Shown here piece after piece: positions 1-8,208 of a stretch of 29,901 bases of DNA; position 1 is the first letter of the stretch; each line of letters starts with the position of its first letter. Below the pieces are notes generated by a model. The model did not search any database. It worked only from the letters and a program-made list of their open reading frames with translations, and had not been told where the DNA came from. Source of the DNA: Deltaproteobacteria bacterium (lineage in GTDB: Bacteria > Bdellovibrionota_C > UBA2361 > SZUA-149 > JADYYL01); assembly GCA_020853655.1 (NCBI GenBank), contig JADYYL010000268.1, forward strand, positions 1 through 29,901, given 5' to 3'. The translations under genes were made by a program, and so were the position numbers.

Positions 1-61
1 ACTTGTGATAGCGGGGCGATAGAGAATCGTAGTAATTTTTGACCGCATCGTTTGCGTATCT

Positions 62-100
62 CGCGTCTGCTTGCTTGCGAGCAGACGCGCTTTGCCTTTC
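62..100 (+). terminator. Probable rho-independent terminator of an upstream + strand gene
   Basis: Perfect 10-bp inverted repeat CGCGTCTGCT (62-71) / AGCAGACGCG (80-89) followed by pyrimidine-rich CTTTGCCTTTC. Confidence 0.5.
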
Positions 101-256
101 GGTGTTGCACAGAAGACAGACTCGTATAGGTCGATCGAATGCGAGCACATCGCAGGCGACAAACGCCCTCCGGGTGTGTCGGAGCAGCTTCCATTTGAAG
201 GTAGGTGAACTGCTCTGGATATTCCTTGGGTTTCACTCATTTCTCGCAGGATTCAG

Positions 257-1561
257 ATGCTGCTCCGAAAAGCCCCCACGTTCGGCCTCGTTACACTACC
301 AATGCTCTTGTGCTTCCCCTCGTTGAGCTTTGCGGCTCCCAAACCTCCGCGCGCGATTTGTTATAACAATTCGACCGGTGCGATCGCTCTCCGGACGCGA
401 TGCCGCGCTGGCGAGACGAAGTTTCTTACCCGCGCAGAACTCGTGGGTGCGCAGGGAGCCACTGGAGCGCAGGGTCCTGCCGGAGAAACTGGAGCCGTGG
501 GTCCAACTGGCCCAACTGGTGCGACCGGCCCAACTGGTGCGACCGGTGCGACCGGTGCGACCGGTGCGACCGGTGCGACCGGCGCGACCGGCGCGACCGG
601 TGCGACTGGCGCGACTGGCGCTACCGGCCCAACTGGGTCCGATGGAACTTTGCGAGCCTATGGTGACGGATCAGATGGCGATCAGGTGTTCAGCGCAACC
701 ACCACATTAGATCCCGTCAGGCAGTACAACAACATCACGATCGACAATGGGACAACTCTCAATGTTCCCAGTGGTGCCACAATCCGTTGCACCGGGACCT
801 TGACTAACAACGGTACTATTTCGGTTGCGGCATTTGGCGGCGGCGGTGGTTACGGCGCCACGAATGCAGATACTTTTCTCATTCCAGTTGACGTTGCTTC
901 TGCCGGTCTCGGTTCCTATCCCGCCCAAAATGGTACCTATGGAACTTCGGCAGGGACCGTCTTCGGAGGAGCGAGCGGACCGGCTATGGATCCCTCGATT
1001 GCAGCGGCGCAGTTTCGTCCAACTTCTGCGGCTGGTGGCGCCGGTGGAGGACGTGTTTCGGCGTTTGGTGGGAGTGGTGGAGGCTCGCTGCGAATTATGT
1101 GCGCAGGTGGAGTGAGCAACGGTGGCACGGGACTTATTCGGGCGAATGGGGCGACGGGAAGTACGGGAACTGGGGGAGGCGCAGGAGGTCTCATCGTCAT
1201 CGGATCGCAAATCTCAGTTACGAATGCGGGCACGATCTCTGCTGTGGGCGCGGCTGGTGGCGCGGTTACTGTGACCTCTGGTGGCGGTGGTGGCGGTGGT
1301 GGCGGAATCGTGCACCTTATTGCTCCTACCGTGAGCAATACGGGAACCATCAACGTTTCTGGTGGAAACGGTGTTTCCGCGGCCCTCGCGGGAACTGTAA
1401 CGTCCTCGCCGCGCAGTGGAGGAGGAGGCGGTGGTGGGCTCGGAGGAGGGGGTGGGCCGGGTGCGAGCGTCTCCACCGACGGAAGTACCAGTGCGTCGAG
1501 TAGCGGATCTGCAGGCTTGACGATTACCTCCAACGTCGATCCAACTGCGCTCGGGCTATAG
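257..1561 (+). CDS. Secreted collagen-like protein with glycine-rich C-terminal head (434 aa), paralog 1
   Basis: Signal-peptide-like N-terminus ending [10 protein letters not shown]; small two-Cys domain; about 22 contiguous Gly-X-Y triplets (mostly GAT/GPT); C-terminal domain with repeated GGxGGG runs separated by TIxxxG strands; collinear with 23942-25201, which supports the ATG at 257. Confidence 0.85.
   Translation: MLLRKAPTFGLVTLPMLLCFPSLSFAAPKPPRAICYNNSTGAIALRTRCRAGETKFLTRAELVGAQGATGAQGPAGETGAVGPTGPTGATGPTGATGATGATGATGATGATGATGATGATGATGPTGSDGTLRAYGDGSDGDQVFSATTTLDPVRQYNNITIDNGTTLNVPSGATIRCTGTLTNNGTISVAAFGGGGGYGATNADTFLIPVDVASAGLGSYPAQNGTYGTSAGTVFGGASGPAMDPSIAAAQFRPTSAAGGAGGGRVSAFGGSGGGSLRIMCAGGVSNGGTGLIRANGATGSTGTGGGAGGLIVIGSQISVTNAGTISAVGAAGGAVTVTSGGGGGGGGGIVHLIAPTVSNTGTINVSGGNGVSAALAGTVTSSPRSGGGGGGGLGGGGGPGASVSTDGSTSASSSGSAGLTITSNVDPTALGL
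536..625 (+). repeat. 9-bp tandem repeat (GGTGCGACC)n encoding (Gly-Ala-Thr)10
   Basis: Five perfect GGTGCGACC copies at 536-580, then five variant copies. Confidence 0.9.
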
Positions 1562-1837
1562 TGGGCAGTGGCAGATGTTGGAGAGATTTCGACGACTTTT
1601 CTGGGAACCGAGTGACTGGGGAATATCTGTCGGTCAGGACGTTGAGAAAGGAAATTGAGTTCTCGGTCTGGTCAGACGAAGGCTGCTCGCCGAGCGCTCG
1701 ACTCTTCTAAAAGTTGTCAAATTCCATCGAGCGAAGAGCGACAGCTCAACACTCGATGGCCCTTGGCTGCGCGTCGCAATAGAGTTGGGTAACGACGCGC
1801 TTTTTTCACCCGACGCGCGACTCTACTCGCCAGCTCT

Positions 1838-3331
1838 CTACGGCGCCGTGCGAAAGGTCGAGGGAGCCGCTGGTGGAGTGGAGTCGCCGGGCGGGGTCCC
1901 TCCGCTCGTCAGACCGATCGTTTCGTTCCCCGTGACATACATGCCCGCCGGGATGATGTCGGTTGTGCTTCCATCACCATCGAGGTCCAGATAGTCAACG
2001 CCCAGCGTGCGGGCCGGCGACGATGTTTGGAGATGATAGTCAGTTCCTCCAACAAATCGCGGATCGGCAACCTGTGACGCCGGCGCTGCGGCATCCTGAT
2101 TGAGAGTGCTTTGCCACGTGGCAAGTGAGCTGAAGTTACCTGAAGCGCTCGCAGCGAACTGACCGTAGCCGAAGAACAGATTGTGCTCCGAATCGTAGTA
2201 AGCGGGGTTCTGGAGTTCCGTGTTGACAACATTCGCCGCGGTGGCGAACGACGCGTTATTGACCATGATGTTGTTCCAGACGACGATCCCCGCGTTCGCG
2301 ATCAAGCCGTTCGAAACCCAGATGGTGTTCTGCGAGCCGACGGACGTGTTGTTTACGATCTTGGCGTGCGCCGGATTGTTCAGGACATTTGTTCCGTCAA
2401 AATTCCAAACGCGCACGGCCGCTTCCTGGCAGTTCCCGAAGAAGTTTTGATGGATGACGATGGGATTCGCTGCATTGTATGGCGCACCGGCGTGTAGCCC
2501 GATGCAACCGCCTTGCTGGACGTTCGCTTTGCCGATGTTGTGAAAGTAATTGTATCGAATGACCGAGCGATGCGTAAGCGCGCTTGAGAACGGCCCCCCT
2601 TTCACGAAGACACCCGCGCCGCATTGGGAGAAGTCGTTGTTCTCGATAATGAAGCCTTCGGACGAATACGTTTTGACGCAGGCGCCGTTAAACGTGTTGC
2701 CAGTCGTGAATATGTTCTGAATTCGATTGTTGCGGATTACAGTTCCAACCGTTTGCTCGATACGGATGCCCGCGTGGTTATCGTTGGCGGAGTTCGAATT
2801 GCCGTTACCGAGAATCGTGAGATTCTGAAACACACAACCCGTCGAACCCCACGAGGTAACCGGTCCCGTATCGGGGCGCGAGGGCGCGAGCGACTCGTCA
2901 ATCGTGAAGCCATCCCAAGTAACGTAGTTCTGGTAGTAGCAGCCGATGATCGGTCCAGCGCCGCTGGTGTACACTAGACTGACCGTACCAACCGCGCGGT
3001 AGGTGACCGGGTTGCCAATCGTTCCCGCATTCTGCGAGTAAAACGCGGGCTCGTTTCGTGTATTTGAACCGGCAGTTGAGTACGTTCCCGCGGAGACCAG
3101 GACCACGTCGCCCGCCTGGGCCGCCTGTGCGGAGACCCGCGCTTCTCGATCCGTGCTCCCCCACGCTGCACGCCCCAATGTGCGCCAAGGATTCGACGCG
3201 TTATTCGCGGCATAGGTGGTGGAATCGTTTCCAATCGCACTGTCGACATAGAGCGTCTTTGCTTCGCTGAGAACTGGAACACAAAATGCGGCGAGGCAGA
3301 ATGTTAGAGCGAGGTACTTCAATAAACTCAT
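1838..3331 (-). CDS. Secreted right-handed parallel beta-helix protein (polysaccharide lyase-like fold), about 497 aa
   Basis: Start reassigned to ATG 3331 (GGAG RBS, signal peptide MSLLKYLALTFCLAAFCVPVLSEA); N-terminal LYVDSAIGND...NPWRTL...AGDVVLVSAGTY motif; Asn-rich IxNNxI repeats; late DPRF...DYHLQTSSPA motif typical of such proteins. Confidence 0.8.
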   Translation of the reverse strand: MSLLKYLALTFCLAAFCVPVLSEAKTLYVDSAIGNDSTTYAANNASNPWRTLGRAAWGSTDREARVSAQAAQAGDVVLVSAGTYSTAGSNTRNEPAFYSQNAGTIGNPVTYRAVGTVSLVYTSGAGPIIGCYYQNYVTWDGFTIDESLAPSRPDTGPVTSWGSTGCVFQNLTILGNGNSNSANDNHAGIRIEQTVGTVIRNNRIQNIFTTGNTFNGACVKTYSSEGFIIENNDFSQCGAGVFVKGGPFSSALTHRSVIRYNYFHNIGKANVQQGGCIGLHAGAPYNAANPIVIHQNFFGNCQEAAVRVWNFDGTNVLNNPAHAKIVNNTSVGSQNTIWVSNGLIANAGIVVWNNIMVNNASFATAANVVNTELQNPAYYDSEHNLFFGYGQFAASASGNFSSLATWQSTLNQDAAAPASQVADPRFVGGTDYHLQTSSPARTLGVDYLDLDGDGSTTDIIPAGMYVTGNETIGLTSGGTPPGDSTPPAAPSTFRTAP

Positions 3332-3621
3332 TGAGGCTCCAGCAAGAGAAAGAGAGAGAGGGGGATCAAATTCACAACGCTTAATTGTCGGCCGATCCGC
3401 TCTTCTGGCATTGCAACAACGAGCGTCGGAGAACGAGGGTGATTGTCTCATGCCGGGAGAGCGCTGTTCAAGCGGATGCCCCTTGGCACAACCCATTTCT
3501 GGGTTTGTAGGAGCGTCACGAGTAGTTAGCCCAGCCCAAGGAGCCTTCACAGAGACGGAAAGGAGAAAGGTTTGAGAGAATCAGCCTAGCACAACCTTTG
3601 TTTTGAAAACCTCTGTGACGA

Positions 3622-3665
3622 TCCGAGAGGGGGATGAGAGCACTATCGCTCCACCCCCTCTCGGA
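3622..3665 (-). terminator. Strong hairpin just downstream of the AAA+ regulator gene, possible terminator
   Basis: Perfect 12-bp arms TCCGAGAGGGGG (3622-3633) / CCCCCTCTCGGA (3654-3665), 23 nt after the stop at 3689; no clear U-run. Confidence 0.45.
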
Positions 3666-3688
3666 GATCGTGCCGCGAATCCTCCTCT

Positions 3689-6061
3689 CTACTTGCCCAT
3701 GCTTATCTGTACGCGTCGGATCTCCGGCCCGAATGTCGCCATCGCATCGAAGACCCAAGCTTCCTCTCTTCCCAAGAGCAATGACTGCTCACGGCGATCA
3801 GTCGTCATTTCTAACGACGCGAGATAAGCCAGAGCACAAAGCTGTCGGATACTGAGCGTTGGAAGTTTAGGCTCATCAGCCCGAACCGGCCTGCGGAGTT
3901 TCTCGTCTTTCTCGAGCCGCTTCCGAACGCTGCTCACCGGCCATCCGAGCTCTCGAGCGGCGCGCTCCTCGCTTCCCTGGTTCTTCGTCAGAGCCCGCCG
4001 AATCGCGAGTCTAAGCAGAACGGGGACATTGAACGTGTGAATCTCGAAGCGTTCGAGAATGAGTGCCTTCCGCTCATCTCTTGAAGGGAGCCCCGATCTT
4101 GCGGGAGGAGCGGGCGGTACCGAAGGGAGTGCCGCTGCCTCCTCTCCCGGAGTATCACCATCGACGTCCGGCGGATCTGCTGGACGCTCAGGTTCCGGGC
4201 TTGGAGCGGGAGGATCGGGATCCGGTCCTCGTGGAGCTGCGTTCGCCTCCTCTCCCGGAGCATCACCATCGACGTCCGGCGGATCTGCCGGAGACTCAGG
4301 TTCCGGGATTGGTGCTGGTGGTTGGGGAGGCGGCGCTGGCGGAGCCGCCGCAGAGGGATCGGGCGAAGCTGTCCGCGGGTCGAAGAGAACTCGAAATCCT
4401 CCGCGATCCGTCACTTTCATTCCGAGTCGCGCCCCCTCATTCAGCATCGCTTGCTGAAGTTGGTCGAGGTGGACCGGAAGATTCCACCGCTCCAAGTCGA
4501 AGGTCGGAACTGCCTCGCCCTCCTTGGCCTGCATCACGCTCACATACCCGTTGGACCTTCCCAAGAGTCTGCACGCTTTCAACTGTTGACCCTCGGACCT
4601 TGCAAGAGCGACGACCAGCGCCATCCTCCGCAACGTCGACATATCCCAGCTTGGGACCCAGTATGGGCCTTCCACCGGGGGAAGGGGAAGCGCCAGAGGA
4701 TCTGCCGCCGAGGCAGTGGCGCGCGTTCGTGAGAGCGGCGTTGCTGGCGTGACACCCGGAACACGAACCATGGTCGTGCCCGTGAGCGCTTGGTCGAGCC
4801 GCGTCGCTTCCGCGGTGACCACGCGATAGAGCTCCCCGTGGTCGACGGGGAGATTCCAGCGCGCGGCGTCCACCTCTGGTAGTGGCGAACTTCGCACCTT
4901 GAACAAGTTGATCACGTATGCGGTTGCGCGTCCGAGCATTCGCTCCGCGCGGTGTTTATTTCCGTTCGACCGGGCGAGCGCAACCGCAACCGCCATCTCG
5001 AACAGCTGCTTCAGATCCCAGGTCGGGATCCAGAACTCCGCGCTCCCATCCGACGGGAGCGGGAGTGGTTGGTCGATAGATGCGGCTTGCGCTGCACCCC
5101 TCGACGCGGGGAGTGGAGGTGGCGCAGGCGGATCCGACCCGGCTGCGCTGGCCTCGTCGGGATGAGTCGCCGCGGTTGTTACGGCGGCATCTTCTTCGTT
5201 GCGGTCCGCGACCGGGGCTGGTGTCGAATCGCAAAACTCCACGCCTTGCGGTGCAGCTGATCTCGCATCGCCCACGTTGGCGAGTTGATCGAGCATCGGT
5301 TCCTTGCCCGGTGCGATGATCGAATCGACATCGATAGTCGACCGACTTTCGCTCAAGAGCACGGCGACCTCCAAAACGCTCACGAGCTCTCGCACCCCAC
5401 CGTTCCACGGGAGGGTTGCGAGGTACTCGAGCGCTTCGCCAGAGAGACGTGCCGATCCGTTGCTCAACGCGTCGACGATATCGCCGGCGATCACCGGGAG
5501 ATCCTCGATATGTTCGTTGAGTGGTGGAACGTCAATGGAGAGAACGCGCAGTCGGTACAAAAGATCGGCGCGAAACGTGCCGGCCTTCACGCACTCTTCG
5601 AGGTTCACGTTGGTCGTTGCGAGGATCCGGAGACCCGTCTCGCCCGTTCCGCCGGCCGTGCGGAGCTCCTCGTCGAAGAGTCCGAGGAGCACCGCCTGAG
5701 AGGCCATCGGAAGGGCTGAGACTTCATCCAGGAGCAACGTGCCGCCTCTCGATTCTCGAAGGATGCTCGCCGGTGAGTCGAACAGCTCGTCTCGCATCCG
5801 GTGCGGATCGAAGAACAGCGAGCACGGAACGACGACAAGTGGACGCTCCGCGCGCGATGAGTTGCGGTGCGCGATTCGAGCCGCGAGCTCCTTCCCCGAT
5901 CCGGTTCGGCCGGAAATGAGGAGAGGTGAGTTCGACGCTCCGTAAAGCTGAAGCAGTCGTGCCACACGCGAAAGTGCTGCGCTGCGGCATCTCTGGAACG
6001 TTGCGATTCCCCGTTCGATAGTCCATCGAACGGGGGCCGTGCTGACGAGCTCGTCCGCCAT
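3689..6061 (-). CDS. Atypical NtrC/Fis-type AAA+ transcriptional regulator (sigma54-interaction-domain-like, GAFTGA-less) with multiple Fis-like HTH modules, 790 aa
   Basis: Walker A GRTGSGKE, Walker B LLLDEV, sensor I RILATTN, FRADLLYRL, WNGGVREL; GGAG RBS upstream of the ATG; C-terminal AIRRALTKNQGSEERAARELG Fis-like HTH plus two related upstream modules. Confidence 0.8.
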   Translation of the reverse strand: MADELVSTAPVRWTIERGIATFQRCRSAALSRVARLLQLYGASNSPLLISGRTGSGKELAARIAHRNSSRAERPLVVVPCSLFFDPHRMRDELFDSPASILRESRGGTLLLDEVSALPMASQAVLLGLFDEELRTAGGTGETGLRILATTNVNLEECVKAGTFRADLLYRLRVLSIDVPPLNEHIEDLPVIAGDIVDALSNGSARLSGEALEYLATLPWNGGVRELVSVLEVAVLLSESRSTIDVDSIIAPGKEPMLDQLANVGDARSAAPQGVEFCDSTPAPVADRNEEDAAVTTAATHPDEASAAGSDPPAPPPLPASRGAAQAASIDQPLPLPSDGSAEFWIPTWDLKQLFEMAVAVALARSNGNKHRAERMLGRATAYVINLFKVRSSPLPEVDAARWNLPVDHGELYRVVTAEATRLDQALTGTTMVRVPGVTPATPLSRTRATASAADPLALPLPPVEGPYWVPSWDMSTLRRMALVVALARSEGQQLKACRLLGRSNGYVSVMQAKEGEAVPTFDLERWNLPVHLDQLQQAMLNEGARLGMKVTDRGGFRVLFDPRTASPDPSAAAPPAPPPQPPAPIPEPESPADPPDVDGDAPGEEANAAPRGPDPDPPAPSPEPERPADPPDVDGDTPGEEAAALPSVPPAPPARSGLPSRDERKALILERFEIHTFNVPVLLRLAIRRALTKNQGSEERAARELGWPVSSVRKRLEKDEKLRRPVRADEPKLPTLSIRQLCALAYLASLEMTTDRREQSLLLGREEAWVFDAMATFGPEIRRVQISMGK
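4137..4307. repeat. Intragenic 63-bp direct repeat (4137-4199 and 4245-4307), period 108 nt
   Basis: 59/63 identical by manual alignment; encodes PEPESPADPPDVDGDAPGEEA and PEPERPADPPDVDGDTPGEEA. Confidence 0.9.
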
Positions 6062-6369
6062 GCTGCACCTCCAATGCCGCCGGAATCAAATGTGATGATG
6101 TAGTTAGAAACCGTAGCTAGGCTGTTTCTCTACAGTGGCGCGTATTGAGGCCCACCGGAGAGAAACGGTGTATCAACTGCTCGGACGGATGGAGAAAGAA
6201 CCGAAGTCAATCGCAATGATGCCGATACTACCAGCCGCGATAGAACAAAGGCCGCGAGCAGGAATGGCGAGCCGGAACGGGGCTCGATCGGAGGAGCGTA
6301 GCGCGGTGGGATTTGTGTTGCAACTTTTCGCGGAATCGAGAGTTCCCGCGGCACCACGTGCGGAGCGGC

Positions 6370-7275
6370 TTAAGCGCGCTCGGCGAGCACGATCATCAAC
6401 GCCCCGACGATCATCGCGCCGGAGACGAGTAACTTGAACGGCTGCGCCTGCTCGCGAAACGCTACGACGCCAAGAAATACCGCGAACGCAATACTGAGCT
6501 GACCGATGGCCGCCACATACGCGACAAGTGTGAACTCGTTTGCAACAAAGTTGAGTTGATATCCGAGTCCCCAGAGGAGAGCGACGGAGAAAGCGGGTAG
6601 TGGGGCGGAGCGTATCATCGCGATCATCGGCACTCGCTTCGCTATGAGTGCAACGGTGAAAAGGACGAGGGAGCCACCCAGAATCAACCCGATGAATGAG
6701 ATCGAGTCGATCATCGGCGCAGCCTTTTTCGTCGTCGTGACGATCGTGGCGAGACAAAGTGAGCAAACGATCATCCAGCGAAGTGCCTGGCTGGACAGAA
6801 TGCTCCTCCATTGGAATTTCTCCTCGCCATCGCGTTCGATGCTCAGCAGGCATCCTCCCCCAACCACGATGACAATCCCAATGAGCGCCTCAATCGTTGG
6901 CACCTCGGACAGAAAGGCCATTCCGAACAGCGCGATGGCCACGGGGAAGAGGGAGCAAAGCGGCATGACGATAGAGAACTCGGCACTGCGGAGCGCAGTC
7001 ATGAACGCCACTTCTGCGGCTACGCTGGCGAGTATTGATACGCCTAAGAAGTACCAGAATGTAGTGGGGTCGGTAATCGCTACTTCCCGCACCTGAAACG
7101 GGTGCACCAAAGCAGCAACCAACACCCCGCCGAGGAGAGTAAGCCAAATGACTACCCAAGAGTCGACTGTGGCGGCGAGATGTTTCTTAAAGGCATCCGC
7201 GCTTGCAAGAAGCACGGAGGACACAAGGGCCAGCACGATACCAGTCATTTGCGTTCTCTTGTCGGTCCTTGTCAC
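6370..7275 (-). CDS. EamA/DMT family transporter (start may be ATG 7248)
   Basis: About 10 hydrophobic segments in two repeats; motifs AFMTALRSAEFSIVMPL...FGMAFLSE and VAYVAAIGQLSIAFAVFLGVVAFRE. Confidence 0.85.
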   Translation of the reverse strand: MTRTDKRTQMTGIVLALVSSVLLASADAFKKHLAATVDSWVVIWLTLLGGVLVAALVHPFQVREVAITDPTTFWYFLGVSILASVAAEVAFMTALRSAEFSIVMPLCSLFPVAIALFGMAFLSEVPTIEALIGIVIVVGGGCLLSIERDGEEKFQWRSILSSQALRWMIVCSLCLATIVTTTKKAAPMIDSISFIGLILGGSLVLFTVALIAKRVPMIAMIRSAPLPAFSVALLWGLGYQLNFVANEFTLVAYVAAIGQLSIAFAVFLGVVAFREQAQPFKLLVSGAMIVGALMIVLAERA

Positions 7276-7666
7276 CCGCTTCCCGAGTGCAGAACGGGAA
7301 GCGGAACTCGATGGATAGTGTAGGAGGGGAATCTGTCATCACTCAGCGGTCGAGATCAACGGTCGGTGCAAACCGATCGCCGATCTCAGTCATTTCTTTT
7401 TGCGGGTCGCGATGCGCGCTCAAAGCCGCTCCCATCGCGCCGCGATGCTCCGGGGAATGTCTCGTTCCTCGTTCGAGAACCGATCCTCTGCGCCCGGCGG
7501 CAAGCGTCGAGACATGACGGCCCCGTCGGTAAAGGAGGAGGCGGTCTCGTGTGGTGGCTTGTTATTCTTCTCTGTCCGGGACAAGTTTGCGAGGATGCAA
7601 CCCTGCCTCCCGGTTCGGCTTCCAATGTGAATAAAATGAGGGTCCGAGACCCTCGGGGCGAAAACC

Positions 7667-8200
7667 CTAGAACACATATGTCAGTGCGGCGAGAATTGCC
7701 GCGCACGACCATATCCACGCAACTTCCGAAGCGACGCCGGCTGAGACCTTACCCAGGTAGGAGGGCTGCAGCACGCGCGTCGACAGCGGAATCGAGCGGA
7801 TCGGTCGCCATCTGAATCGATACCGTCGCCGGGTGAACGGGAGCAGAAGCGCTACGCCGTCTCGCCCGTTAAAGAGATCGAGCAGAAGATGCGACTGATA
7901 GCCCCAGAACACGACGGCACTGAGTGGGCCCGATGCGTCGAACCCGCGCATGAGCATGACCAAGAGCGGCGCTACGAACAGGCTGTGCGTAATGCCGCGA
8001 TGGGTGAACACGCGGTATCGGGAACTTTTCGCCACGATGGCGTGCCGGAGCTCGAAGACGACGTCGATATCCGGCAACGCCGCAGAGAGAGCGCCGGTGG
8101 CAACTGCTTGCCACACGGGGAGCTCTGGTACCACTCGAGCCGCGATCGCTCCGATCGCGGCCCCGAAGATTCCGTGCGAAATCGGCGTCGGCATGATCAT
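7667..8200 (-). CDS. YdjM-like membrane metal-dependent hydrolase, about 177 aa
   Basis: Start reassigned to ATG 8200 (purine-rich RBS GAAAGAGGGA); motifs MPTPISHG, LPDID, HRGITHS, SHLLLD, PF...RY. Confidence 0.8.
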   Translation of the reverse strand: MIMPTPISHGIFGAAIGAIAARVVPELPVWQAVATGALSAALPDIDVVFELRHAIVAKSSRYRVFTHRGITHSLFVAPLLVMLMRGFDASGPLSAVVFWGYQSHLLLDLFNGRDGVALLLPFTRRRYRFRWRPIRSIPLSTRVLQPSYLGKVSAGVASEVAWIWSCAAILAALTYVF

Positions 8201-8208
8201 TCCCTCTT

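Noticed and set aside
39-326. 95-aa ORF before collagen-like gene 1
   Set aside because: No RBS or protein-like features; it runs through the terminator-like hairpin and overlaps the next gene out of frame
3488-3508. GAAA-tetraloop hairpin (ACAAACCCA-GAAA-TGGGTTGT on the minus strand) upstream of the beta-helix gene, resembling c-di-GMP-I riboswitch P2
   Set aside because: The GGACGCAAAGC segment and P3 of the riboswitch consensus are absent; only a generic hairpin is supported
3332-3550. 73-aa N-terminal extension of the beta-helix ORF
   Set aside because: The RBS and signal peptide begin at ATG 3331; the extension looks like a translated leader
7330-7530. tmRNA-like 5' end GGGGCCGTCATGTCTCGAC on the minus strand, with a nearby CCACCA
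   Set aside because: No T-arm adjacent to a CCA end and no tag frame ending in Ala-Ala; the putative frame AKRND is too short
7600-7675. CTAGGGTTTTCG on the minus strand, resembling the start of a ykkC/guanidine-I riboswitch
   Set aside because: The downstream GGUCCGAG and AAAAGCCCGGGAG elements are not present in order on that strand
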